DNA of 64,000 nt from a virus. Below the pieces are notes generated by a model, which searched no databases, was not told the origin of the DNA, and saw nothing but the letters and a program-made list of their open reading frames with translations. Position numbers and translations under genes: made by a program. Shown here one piece after another: positions 46,781 to 55,117 of this stretch; position 1 is the first letter of the stretch; each line of letters starts with the position of its first letter. The stretch lies in the IMG/VR virus record IMGVR_UViG_3300009104_001476. One strand, 5' to 3'.

Positions 46781-47179
46781 ATGACTATTTATGAAGCCGG
46801 AGCCGAATTGTTCGGCTGGTATGCAGAGCACGACTGCTATAATACAAAAAAAGATTATAACAAACTAGTATTAGTCTCTGATACGCCAGATGAAGATAAG
46901 GCAGCCATAGCTTGTGCTCTAGAAAGTTTCCAAGAGACGGGGATAATCAAAAAGAAAGAGTCTGAAGAGGGAGAATTCTGGGTTTTAAATAAAAAATTCT
47001 CTGCAAGCTCCCAATCTGTGGAAATAACTTCTGCCACAGCACAAAAGATCCACGGTTTGGTTAATTTATATACAGAAACAGCGGGATTAGGGGAGAAACA
47101 TGCGTGTGATCCTTTGGATATTTGCGAAAGGGATATAGAGATTTTGATAGCTTCAATCTTAATCTTATCAAAAAATTAA
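46781..47179 (+). CDS. Hypothetical protein
   Basis: 132-aa ORF, divergent from the AT-hook gene. Confidence 0.6.
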   Translation: MTIYEAGAELFGWYAEHDCYNTKKDYNKLVLVSDTPDEDKAAIACALESFQETGIIKKKESEEGEFWVLNKKFSASSQSVEITSATAQKIHGLVNLYTETAGLGEKHACDPLDICERDIEILIASILILSKN

Positions 47180-47188
47180 ATTTTTTCC

Positions 47189-47217
47189 TTGCCAAGGAGG
47201 TGAAAGAGCCCTATATA
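47189..47217 (+). promoter_or_regulatory. sigma70-like promoter
   Basis: TTGCCA-N17-TATATA upstream of the dNMP kinase operon. Confidence 0.55.
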
Positions 47218-47304
47218 TATTTATTCAGTTTTAATTTGCTGAGAAAATTTTAATAAAAAATAAATAACGTAACCTAAACGATACCGATATACGTTAACGT
47301 AACG

Positions 47305-47922
47305 ATGAATACAAAAATTATAGGATTAAGTGGAGTAGCCGGATCAGGAAAAGATTTATTTTCTAAGATGCTCTTGGAGAGAGCACCAGAATACAAGAAA
47401 CTAAGCCTTGCCTCAAATCTAAAGACAGATTTAAGACAAAAAATTATTGATCAATATGATATTGATATTTTTAATTGTTCTAGAAAAGAAAAGAATTCCA
47501 TAAGGCATGAACTGGTCAATTATGGAAGTAGAAAAAGAACTGAGTCTAAAGGGAGGTTCTGGATTGAAAAGTTAAATCAAGAAGTGGAAAGCATGGAGGA
47601 CTCTATCTGTATTACAGATATTCGATATGATGATTATGAATTCGATGAGGTATACTGGTTAAAAAAGGAATTAAATGGAGTTTTAGTCCACATTGAAAGG
47701 TTTACTATTTTAAATAATAATAAAAAAATTATCGAAGCAGCTAACGAAGAAGAACGTCGAAATGATCCCAAGCTAAGAGAACAAGCTTCTTATAATGTAC
47801 AATGGCCGACATTCGAGGAGAATATCGAAAAACACGCAGGGGGATACGTTAATAGTTTTTTAGCTTGGTTAAGAAATTATGATGAAACCATTAGAGGACA
47901 ATCAACTAATCTGGAGAGTTAA
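47305..47922 (+). CDS. Deoxynucleoside monophosphate kinase (T4 gp1-like)
   Basis: IIGLSGVAGSGKD P-loop, RHELVNYG, FWIEKL, ICITDIRY..E. Confidence 0.8.
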   Translation: MNTKIIGLSGVAGSGKDLFSKMLLERAPEYKKLSLASNLKTDLRQKIIDQYDIDIFNCSRKEKNSIRHELVNYGSRKRTESKGRFWIEKLNQEVESMEDSICITDIRYDDYEFDEVYWLKKELNGVLVHIERFTILNNNKKIIEAANEEERRNDPKLREQASYNVQWPTFEENIEKHAGGYVNSFLAWLRNYDETIRGQSTNLES

Positions 47923-48487
47923 AGTCAGAAAGTGTGATATTAGTCTAATTGAATTAATCAAGAGACACTCTAGGTTGTTTTATAAAATTTCTCAAAAATA
48001 TTTTCCATTTACTGTTAGACCAAACTCACAAAGCGTAGAAGATATAATTGGTAGCTGTGACTCTATAATTTACGAAGCGGTTCTTGAATATAAACCGAGA
48101 AAGAAAGTCAAGTTCTCAACTTGGTTGGGTAACTTTGTTAGATACAAGTGTTTGAATTATTTAAATAAAAACTCTAAACTAATAGATACAGATCAGGATA
48201 AAATGGACTTCTTTTTCCAAAAAAAATCGTTAGAAAATTTCGGGAACGTCAAACGTAAGGATGATTACGTTTTTGTTAACAGTTTGATATCGCAATTTAA
48301 AGATGATAGAATGAAGAAGGTTTTCGAACTGAGATATTTCTCTGGATTAAAAAAAATGACATGGGTAGACATAGGAAAAAAGCTAGAGCTTAGCGCTCAA
48401 ACCGCGATAAATCTACATAACAGGGGGAAAGCTATCCTAAAGAAGAAGTTTGATAGTGAGCTGAATTTTGCAGATAAAATTTTGTAA
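47879..48487 (+). CDS. Phage-encoded RNA polymerase sigma factor (sigma70 family regions 2 and 4)
   Basis: YEAVLEYKPRKKVKFSTWLGNFVR (region 2) and VFELRYFSG..KMTWVDIGKKLELSAQTAINLHNRG (region 4 HTH). Confidence 0.8.
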   Translation: MMKPLEDNQLIWRVKVRKCDISLIELIKRHSRLFYKISQKYFPFTVRPNSQSVEDIIGSCDSIIYEAVLEYKPRKKVKFSTWLGNFVRYKCLNYLNKNSKLIDTDQDKMDFFFQKKSLENFGNVKRKDDYVFVNSLISQFKDDRMKKVFELRYFSGLKKMTWVDIGKKLELSAQTAINLHNRGKAILKKKFDSELNFADKIL

Positions 48488-48495
48488 AAAAAAGC

Positions 48496-48523
48496 TTGCG
48501 TATTAATTTATTATACATATATT
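48496..48523 (+). promoter_or_regulatory. Possible sigma70-like promoter
   Basis: TTGCGT-N16-TATATT upstream of ATG 48533. Confidence 0.35.
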
Positions 48524-48532
48524 GGCTTTGTA

Positions 48533-48823
48533 ATGAGTGAAGAAAATAAAACACCGAGTAAATGGCAGCAACGAGAAATTGGAGCCCTTTGGAAAAACGA
48601 AGGACGTAACCAAAAGTATCTAGCTGGTCACGTAAAACTACCAGATGGCACCGAACAAAAGGTTGTCATTTTTAGCAACAAGAATCGTTCTAGCGATAAA
48701 GCTCCCCATTTTAGGGTGTATAAATCGGAAGACCAAAAAGCTTCGACCGAAACTACATCTACTGATTTGGACGACATGGATAATAGCGGCTCAGTATCTA
48801 CTGACGACGCAGATCTTATTTAA
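48533..48823 (+). CDS. Putative ssDNA-binding protein (DUF736-like OB fold, acidic tail)
   Basis: EIGALWKNEG, YLAGHV, VVIFSNKN..DKAPHFRVY, acidic C-terminus DLDDMD...DDADLI. Confidence 0.6.
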   Translation: MSEENKTPSKWQQREIGALWKNEGRNQKYLAGHVKLPDGTEQKVVIFSNKNRSSDKAPHFRVYKSEDQKASTETTSTDLDDMDNSGSVSTDDADLI

Positions 48824-48836
48824 GGAACATTAAAAC

Positions 48837-49925
48837 GTGAAACAGTTCTGCGTCAATGCCCCTATCAACAGTGTTTCTTTCGGTCAAGTAACTACGGCCG
48901 TTCTTTTAGAAATGCTCGATAGGGGTATTGAGCCGAACCTTTTCCCAATTGGTGGGAAAATTGATCTTTCTTCCCAAGACTTTGATGAAGAACAGGTCCA
49001 GAAGCTGGAAAAGCTTGCTTCGACAAGTTTATCTTCTCACAAGAGAGAAGATCCTTCTTTCAAATTGTGGCATTTTAACGGTAGTCTAGAGTCCTTTTCC
49101 AAGGAACAGTTATTGTTAACTTTCTACGAAACAGATTCCCCCACGGAAGAAGAGCTAAACTGCTTCAACTCAAACCGAGTTCTCCTAACTTCTAAATACG
49201 CTGTAGAAGTTTTCAGAGATAAGGGGGCAAACGCTGAGTACGTGCCTTTATTTTTTGATAAATTTAATTTCAGGGCTAAAGAAAGAAAATATTTTTCTGA
49301 TGGTAGAATCGTATTCAATCTATGCGGTAAATTTGAGAAAAGAAAACATCACCCAGAAGTTTTAGATGCTTGGGCTAGAAAATACGGGAATAATACTAAA
49401 TACTTTTTACAGTGCGCTATTTTTAATCCTTTTTTATCTCCAGAAGTAAACGATCAACTTATCAGTGACGCCCTAAGGGGAGTTAGGTATAATAATATAC
49501 AAGTCTTGAGACCGATGGCTAAGAATTCCTTATATAATGATTTTTTAAATTCGGGTAACATCGTAATCGGAATGTCTGGAGGAGAAGGCTGGGGTCTTCC
49601 AGAGTTTCATTCGATTGCCTTAGGTAAACATTCTGTGATGTTAAACGCTCATTCGTATAAAGATTTTATTACTGAAGAAAATTCTGTATTAGTCGAGCCT
49701 AATGGTAAAGTTGATTCTGAAGACGGTCTCTTTTTTAAAAAGGGAGACCCATTCAGTCAGGGCCAATTTTTTAAATGGGATGAAGATGACTTTATAGACG
49801 GGTGCGAAAAAGCTATAAAAAGAGTGGAGTCTAATCCCATTAACGAAGCGGGACGAAAACTACAAGAGGACTTTCCTTTATCTCAGACGGTTGATACGAT
49901 TTTGAAAAAAATTGAGGAGATGTAA
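48837..49925 (+). CDS. GT4-like glycosyltransferase
   Basis: GTG start; FNLCGKFEKRKHH, MSGGEGWGLPEFHSIALGK (ExxGxxxxE motif). Confidence 0.8.
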   Translation: MKQFCVNAPINSVSFGQVTTAVLLEMLDRGIEPNLFPIGGKIDLSSQDFDEEQVQKLEKLASTSLSSHKREDPSFKLWHFNGSLESFSKEQLLLTFYETDSPTEEELNCFNSNRVLLTSKYAVEVFRDKGANAEYVPLFFDKFNFRAKERKYFSDGRIVFNLCGKFEKRKHHPEVLDAWARKYGNNTKYFLQCAIFNPFLSPEVNDQLISDALRGVRYNNIQVLRPMAKNSLYNDFLNSGNIVIGMSGGEGWGLPEFHSIALGKHSVMLNAHSYKDFITEENSVLVEPNGKVDSEDGLFFKKGDPFSQGQFFKWDEDDFIDGCEKAIKRVESNPINEAGRKLQEDFPLSQTVDTILKKIEEM

Positions 49926-49926
49926 A

Positions 49927-50289
49927 ATGCCTTTTTATATTTTTGTCAATCCTGATACAGGAGAGGAGATTGAAATTCAACAAAAGATGAAAGAGCCCCA
50001 TGTCTATATTGATCAAAATGGGTTAGAGTGGCAGAGAGTTTTCGTTTCCCCCCAAGCTTGTAACGGGATGAATCATGATCCCTTTAACCCAAGCCATTTT
50101 TTAGAGAAAAGTCGATACTCTAATACGTCTACCTATGGAGAGCTTGAGGATAGAGCTAAAGAGGATAGTGCTCGTAGGGCCAGTAAGAACGGCGGGGTAG
50201 ATCCTTTTAAGAAAAAGTGGTTTAAAGACTACTCTAAAAGGAGAAAAGGCAAGAAGCATCGTGACGATCCGTCTCGATTTTCCGACTAG
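49927..50289 (+). CDS. FmdB-like zinc-ribbon homologue lacking the cysteines
   Basis: MPFYIFVNPDTGEEIEIQQKMKEPH follows the MPxYxY(C)xx(C)GxxFE pattern; ATG at 49927. Confidence 0.55.
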   Translation: MPFYIFVNPDTGEEIEIQQKMKEPHVYIDQNGLEWQRVFVSPQACNGMNHDPFNPSHFLEKSRYSNTSTYGELEDRAKEDSARRASKNGGVDPFKKKWFKDYSKRRKGKKHRDDPSRFSD

Positions 50290-50403
50290 TACACTAACTA
50301 TTAACACGGAATAAAAAAATCGACTCTTCAGTTCTTTTTTCTTTATTTAATCACTAAAAGCATGTAATATGTTTTACATCTTTCAAGAAAAAACGAACTT
50401 CAA

Positions 50404-52869
50404 ATGAGCGGCAAAATTAACGTAAAAAAAAGAAACGGGAGACTAGAGCCCCTTAACATCGACAAGATAAATCTATGCGCAGAAAGAGCTTGCGGTGAAC
50501 TAGAAAATGTTTCAGCAAGTGAAGTGGTCTTAGACGCGCACGTTCAGCTTTACGATAAAATCACTACGAAAGAGATCGACAAGGCGCTTATCATGTCTGC
50601 TCGGTCTAAAATCGAAAAAGATCCTAACTATTCCTATGTAGCTGCTCGTTTATTTTTAGGAAATATTCATAAAGAAGTCTTTGGAGAGAGTAGAGATAAG
50701 GATATGTTTGAGCAGCAATACAGGCTTTCTTTCGTAAGAAATATTAAAAAGCTTGTTAAGTTTGGAACTTTAAGCGACAAACTTTTATCTTACGACCTTA
50801 AAAAACTTTCAGAACATTTAGTGCTAGATCGTGATTATAAATTTAAATACCTTGGGCTGCAAATTGTGCACGATCGTTATCTTTTACATATAGATGGTAG
50901 GCGTTTAGAAGCCCCACAAGCTTTCTGGATGCGTGTCGCCATGGGTCTAGCCCTTAACGAAGACGACAAGGAGGGTAAGTGTATCGAGTTCTATAATGCA
51001 ATTTCTCAATTTTATATTTGTCCCTCTACGCCGACCCTGTTTAATAGTGGTACAGTCCGTAGTCAGTTAAGCTCTTGTTATCTAAACACATTCGATGATA
51101 GCATTGATGGGATATTCGAGGGCTTATGGCAAGAAGCGCGTAAAAGTAAATTTGCTGGCGGTCTTGGTTTTGATGTCACTCCGTTTAGAGCCAGCAACTC
51201 TTACGTAAAAGGAACGAATGGGAAATCCTCAGGACTTATCCCTTGGCTTAAAATCTACAACGACACACTTATCGCTGTTGATCAAGGAGGGAAAAGGCCG
51301 GGAGCAGGATGCGCTTACATAGAATCTTGGCATCTAGACATTGAAGATTTTCTTGACCTTAAGAAGAATACAGGAGACGATCGTCGTCGTTGTCATGATA
51401 TGAATACAGCCAACTGGCTTCCTGATTTATTTATCAAGAGAGTACAAGAAGATGGCGACTGGTATTTATTTTCCCCTTCAGATACTAGAGACTTACACGA
51501 GCTTTACGGAGAGGCTTTTGATAAAAAATATAAATCTTACTGTAAAAAAGCGGAAAAAGGAATTATAGAGAATTTTAAAAAAGTAGAAGCTAAAGACCTT
51601 TGGAAAAGGATGCTCCGTGTGCTATTTGAAACGGGACACCCTTGGATGACCTTTAAGGACAACGCTAACATGCGTTACTCTAACGCTCACGAAGGCGTAG
51701 TCCATAGCTCAAATCTTTGTACTGAAATCTTTCTACATACAAAACCATCTAAATATGAATTAGGTGAAAAAACAGAGGTAGGAGAAACAGCGGTATGCAA
51801 TTTAAGCTCTATAAACTTAAAAGAACATATAAAAGAAAATAACAAATTAGATTATAAATTATTAGCTAAAAATATAGCTATTCAAATGAGGATGCTAGAC
51901 AATGTTATTGATTTAAACTTCTACCCAACGAAAGAAGCAGAGAAGGCCAACATGAGCCATCGACCCGTCGGAGCAGGTACGATGGGCTGGGCAGATGTTT
52001 TTAATGCTCATAAAATCAATTTCTCTTCAGAAGATGCAGTGAAGTTCTCTGACGAATTGTATGAATTTATATCCTATCATTGCCTACAGAACTCTAGCAA
52101 GCTAGCAGAAGAAAAAGGGTCTTATTCCTCATATGAAGGCTCTCTATGGAGCCAAGGGATATTACCTATTGACACTTATAAATCTTTAATGGACTATTTA
52201 GGAGAGAAACCTATTATTCATAGAGGTAAAAAATATGTCCCTGAATTGGATTGGAAAGATTTACGTGCTTGTATTGGGTTACACGGGATGCGTAATAGTA
52301 ACACTATGGCTATCGCTCCTACTGCTACTATATCTTATATTCAAGGTTGCTCTGCTTCTATTGAGCCCGATTTTTCTACTTTGTTCGTATATGAAAACAA
52401 AAGCGGGAACCTTACGATCGTAAACGAGTGGTTTATTAACGAATGTAAGGGGCTGGGGGTATGGAACCCAAAACTAATTGAGATGCTTAAAGCTGTCGAT
52501 GGGGATGTTTCTCGTTTAAACGGCGAGCTTCCCGAAGACCTTAAGAGCCGTTATCGAACAGCCTTTGACCATGATCAATTTTTATTAATTGATTCTGCTG
52601 CAGCTAGACAGAAATGGATAGACATGGGACAAAGTTTAAACTTGTTTAACTCCTCGACTTCGCTTAAGTATTTAAATGACCTTTATATGCATGCTAGAAA
52701 CAGAGGGTTAAAATCAACATATTATTTGAGAAATCGTGCAGCAAGCAAAATTGAAAAGTCTACGGGTGGTGGTGACGTTAGTGATAATGATCCAAGTGAT
52801 AGTGATAGTGATGAGCTTGATCCTAAGGCTTGCAGCATCCTAGACCCAACATGTGAGAGTTGTCAATAA
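50404..52869 (+). CDS. nrdA: Class I ribonucleotide reductase alpha subunit with ATP cone
   Basis: VKKRNGRLE ATP cone, TPTLFNSG, QLSSCY, SNLCTEI, AVCNLSS, IAPTATIS, KSTYYLR, C-terminal CESCQ. Confidence 0.97.
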   Translation: MSGKINVKKRNGRLEPLNIDKINLCAERACGELENVSASEVVLDAHVQLYDKITTKEIDKALIMSARSKIEKDPNYSYVAARLFLGNIHKEVFGESRDKDMFEQQYRLSFVRNIKKLVKFGTLSDKLLSYDLKKLSEHLVLDRDYKFKYLGLQIVHDRYLLHIDGRRLEAPQAFWMRVAMGLALNEDDKEGKCIEFYNAISQFYICPSTPTLFNSGTVRSQLSSCYLNTFDDSIDGIFEGLWQEARKSKFAGGLGFDVTPFRASNSYVKGTNGKSSGLIPWLKIYNDTLIAVDQGGKRPGAGCAYIESWHLDIEDFLDLKKNTGDDRRRCHDMNTANWLPDLFIKRVQEDGDWYLFSPSDTRDLHELYGEAFDKKYKSYCKKAEKGIIENFKKVEAKDLWKRMLRVLFETGHPWMTFKDNANMRYSNAHEGVVHSSNLCTEIFLHTKPSKYELGEKTEVGETAVCNLSSINLKEHIKENNKLDYKLLAKNIAIQMRMLDNVIDLNFYPTKEAEKANMSHRPVGAGTMGWADVFNAHKINFSSEDAVKFSDELYEFISYHCLQNSSKLAEEKGSYSSYEGSLWSQGILPIDTYKSLMDYLGEKPIIHRGKKYVPELDWKDLRACIGLHGMRNSNTMAIAPTATISYIQGCSASIEPDFSTLFVYENKSGNLTIVNEWFINECKGLGVWNPKLIEMLKAVDGDVSRLNGELPEDLKSRYRTAFDHDQFLLIDSAAARQKWIDMGQSLNLFNSSTSLKYLNDLYMHARNRGLKSTYYLRNRAASKIEKSTGGGDVSDNDPSDSDSDELDPKACSILDPTCESCQ

Positions 52870-53879
52870 TGAGTAAAACAGGATTATTATTAGGAGAGGA
52901 GGTCGCAGGGGTAAATCAAATTTTACCTCACAAACATAAACTGGCTTGGGATTTATTTATTAAGGGGGTGGCTAATAATTGGTCCCCAGCAGAGATAAAT
53001 ATGTCTACCGACATTGAGCAATGGAAAGGCGACGATCTCTTAAAAGATGAAAAGCTTTTAGTTAAAAGATGTTTGGGTTTTTTTGCAGGTACCGAGTCCT
53101 TGGTTGGCAATAACCTACTGCTTACAGTTAACAGATGGATTACAGACGCAGAGTGTAGACAATACATCCTTAGACAGGCTTACGAAGAGTCTTTGCATAA
53201 TTGGACCGTCGTTACTTGCTGTGATACTTACGGTTTAAAAATATCTGAAGTCTATGAGGCTTATTTGAACGTGCCCTCTATTAAAGCTAAGGACGACTTC
53301 TTAATGGAAATTACAACAGATACGAATAGGCAGGATTTTTCTACTAAAACCGTAGAAGGTAAACGAGAATTTCTTAGAAATCTAATTACTTACTATATCG
53401 TTTGCGAGGGCACGTTTTTCTTTAGCGGTTTTGCGATGTTACTTGCGTTAGGCAGACAGAATAAACTTCCCGGACTTTCTGACCAGATCAGATATACTCT
53501 TAGAGATGAGAGTTTACACATACAGTTTGGGACTTATTTAATAAATACAATCAAAGAACAATACCCATCAGTGTGGACAAAAAAATTTGAACAAGAAACC
53601 ACAGAGCATATAAAGAAAGCGGTTGAACTAGAGATAGCCTACGCTCATGATGTTCTGCCGAGAGGGATATTAGGCCTGAATGCTGAAATGTTTGTTGATT
53701 ACATGCAATATATAGGTAATAGGCGTTTAGAAGGTATTGGTATTGACTTTCGTTTCGATAGCGACAACAATCCATTTCCATGGCTTGCTGAAGTTGTAGA
53801 TATGGGAGCAATGACTAATTTTTTCGAAAGAAAAGTTAAAGATTATCAAAGCTCAGGAGTTTTAGAAGATGACTTCTAG
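52869..53879 (+). CDS. nrdB: Class I ribonucleotide reductase beta subunit lacking the radical Tyr (class Ic/R2c-like)
   Basis: TAATG overlap with nrdA; FFAGTESLV, EESLHNWTV, CEGTFFFSGF, RDESLH, NFFERKVKDY. Confidence 0.93.
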   Translation: MSKTGLLLGEEVAGVNQILPHKHKLAWDLFIKGVANNWSPAEINMSTDIEQWKGDDLLKDEKLLVKRCLGFFAGTESLVGNNLLLTVNRWITDAECRQYILRQAYEESLHNWTVVTCCDTYGLKISEVYEAYLNVPSIKAKDDFLMEITTDTNRQDFSTKTVEGKREFLRNLITYYIVCEGTFFFSGFAMLLALGRQNKLPGLSDQIRYTLRDESLHIQFGTYLINTIKEQYPSVWTKKFEQETTEHIKKAVELEIAYAHDVLPRGILGLNAEMFVDYMQYIGNRRLEGIGIDFRFDSDNNPFPWLAEVVDMGAMTNFFERKVKDYQSSGVLEDDF

Positions 53880-54412
53880 AACAAAACTAAGCCTTTAATT
53901 TCTTGAATCTTAACTAGTCCGTACCAAGACATACTTCTATTGTCTCCTATCACCCATACGTATCCTTCAGGGACTTTTCCGACATCTTCGTCTGTATTTA
54001 GAAACAGCCATTCGTTTTTTGGTTTTTTCATTCTCTCTTCTTCTGGCTCTAACCAATATGTGATATTTTTATTGGGAGAACGACTATCTACATATTGTTT
54101 CCCATTTATGAAAATATATCCGTTTTGGATTTTTATATAGTCTCCCTCCAGACCGATGACCCTTTTTATTACGCTATCCCCGTCCTTTTCATCTACAGCA
54201 ATAATCACCTGTCCCCTTTGAGGAGTCCAGTTTTCTCCTAACGATTTAGCTCTATGGATTAGTATCAATTCTTTATCTTCGTAAGTTGGCAACATGCTCT
54301 CTCCGGTGGAATAAATAAACCCAAAATCCTTAAAAAATGGGTAAGTAATGATTATTACAATTAAACATACCCTAAAGATTTTGTTCTTAAATATGGATTT
54401 TATAGTATTCAT
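53876..54412 (-). CDS. lepB: Signal peptidase I (S26)
   Basis: N-terminal TM segment; GESMLPT (catalytic Ser), VIKRVIGLEGD (catalytic Lys), GDNRSMS. Confidence 0.9.
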   Translation of the reverse strand: MNTIKSIFKNKIFRVCLIVIIITYPFFKDFGFIYSTGESMLPTYEDKELILIHRAKSLGENWTPQRGQVIIAVDEKDGDSVIKRVIGLEGDYIKIQNGYIFINGKQYVDSRSPNKNITYWLEPEEERMKKPKNEWLFLNTDEDVGKVPEGYVWVIGDNRSMSWYGLVKIQEIKGLVLF

Positions 54413-54414
54413 CA

Positions 54415-54431
54415 GTGTAAGTATTATACAC
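54415..54431. promoter_or_regulatory. Overlapping divergent GTGTAA/GTGTAT elements between lepB and the membrane protein gene
   Basis: GTGTAA-GTATT-ATACAC. Confidence 0.5.
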
Positions 54432-54454
54432 CCAACAACTGGGATGAAAATATT

Positions 54455-54706
54455 ATGAAAAGAAAGAGAACAAAAAAACAGTTAACTTTATGGGGAAAAG
54501 TTAAAAATAAAGCAATTTCCCTTAAAAATCATGTTTTAGATCACGCTTCTCACTGTCTCACATGCCACGAATTTTGGACGAACGTCTTAGTGGTATTGTT
54601 CGGCTTATCTTTATTGTGCCCGATAGTTAATTGGACGGCCTCATTAGGCTGGCTTGCTGTCGGCTGGGGATTAATCCGAATCCATAGAGACTGTTGGGAT
54701 TGGTAA
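54455..54706 (+). CDS. Small membrane protein
   Basis: basic N-terminus then two hydrophobic segments. Confidence 0.6.
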   Translation: MKRKRTKKQLTLWGKVKNKAISLKNHVLDHASHCLTCHEFWTNVLVVLFGLSLLCPIVNWTASLGWLAVGWGLIRIHRDCWDW

Positions 54707-54730
54707 AAACAATTAAAATGAAATAATATA

Positions 54731-54765
54731 AGGCTTCCTCTTTATCTTTAGAGGGAGCTTTTTTT
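54731..54765 (+). terminator. Rho-independent terminator
   Basis: AGGCTTCCTCT-loop-AGAGGGAGCTT followed by a T-tract. Confidence 0.8.
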
Positions 54766-54783
54766 CGTGTAATTATATATGTA

Positions 54784-55068
54784 ATGGATTATCAAATCGT
54801 ATTTAACATTGCTTTAACTGTTGCTGGGACTATTGCGGGTTGGTTTTTCAAGGTCGTTTATGACTTAATTAAAGATCTCCAAGACGAACTTAATGACTTA
54901 GAAGACAAACACGACAGCGATCACCGCCTTGTCACAGATAAAGTCAACGATTTAGCTCTTTCTCTTCCTGAAAAGTATGTAAACAAAGGAGATTTTGATA
55001 ATTTAGTTAAAGTTATGCATCACAGGTTCGACAAGCTGGAAGAGAAAATTGATTCTTTAAAAAGATAA
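54784..55068 (+). CDS. Membrane-anchored coiled-coil protein (possibly lysis-associated)
   Basis: N-terminal TM (IVFNIALTVAGTIAGWFF), then coiled coil and LPEKYVNKGDF...RFDKLEEKID. Confidence 0.6.
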   Translation: MDYQIVFNIALTVAGTIAGWFFKVVYDLIKDLQDELNDLEDKHDSDHRLVTDKVNDLALSLPEKYVNKGDFDNLVKVMHHRFDKLEEKIDSLKR

Positions 55069-55077
55069 TAAAAAAAC

Positions 55078-55106
55078 TTGCTTAAATGAGCCTGAATCCG
55101 TATTAT
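55078..55106 (+). promoter_or_regulatory. sigma70-like promoter for the glycan operon
   Basis: TTGCTT-N17-TATTAT just upstream of ATG 55118. Confidence 0.55.
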
Positions 55107-55117
55107 TATAATGTAAT

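Noticed and set aside
50290-50310. Possible NrdR box upstream of nrdA (ACACTAACTATTAACA)
   Set aside because: Only the left half matches the acaCwAtATaTwGtgt consensus and there is no tandem second box.
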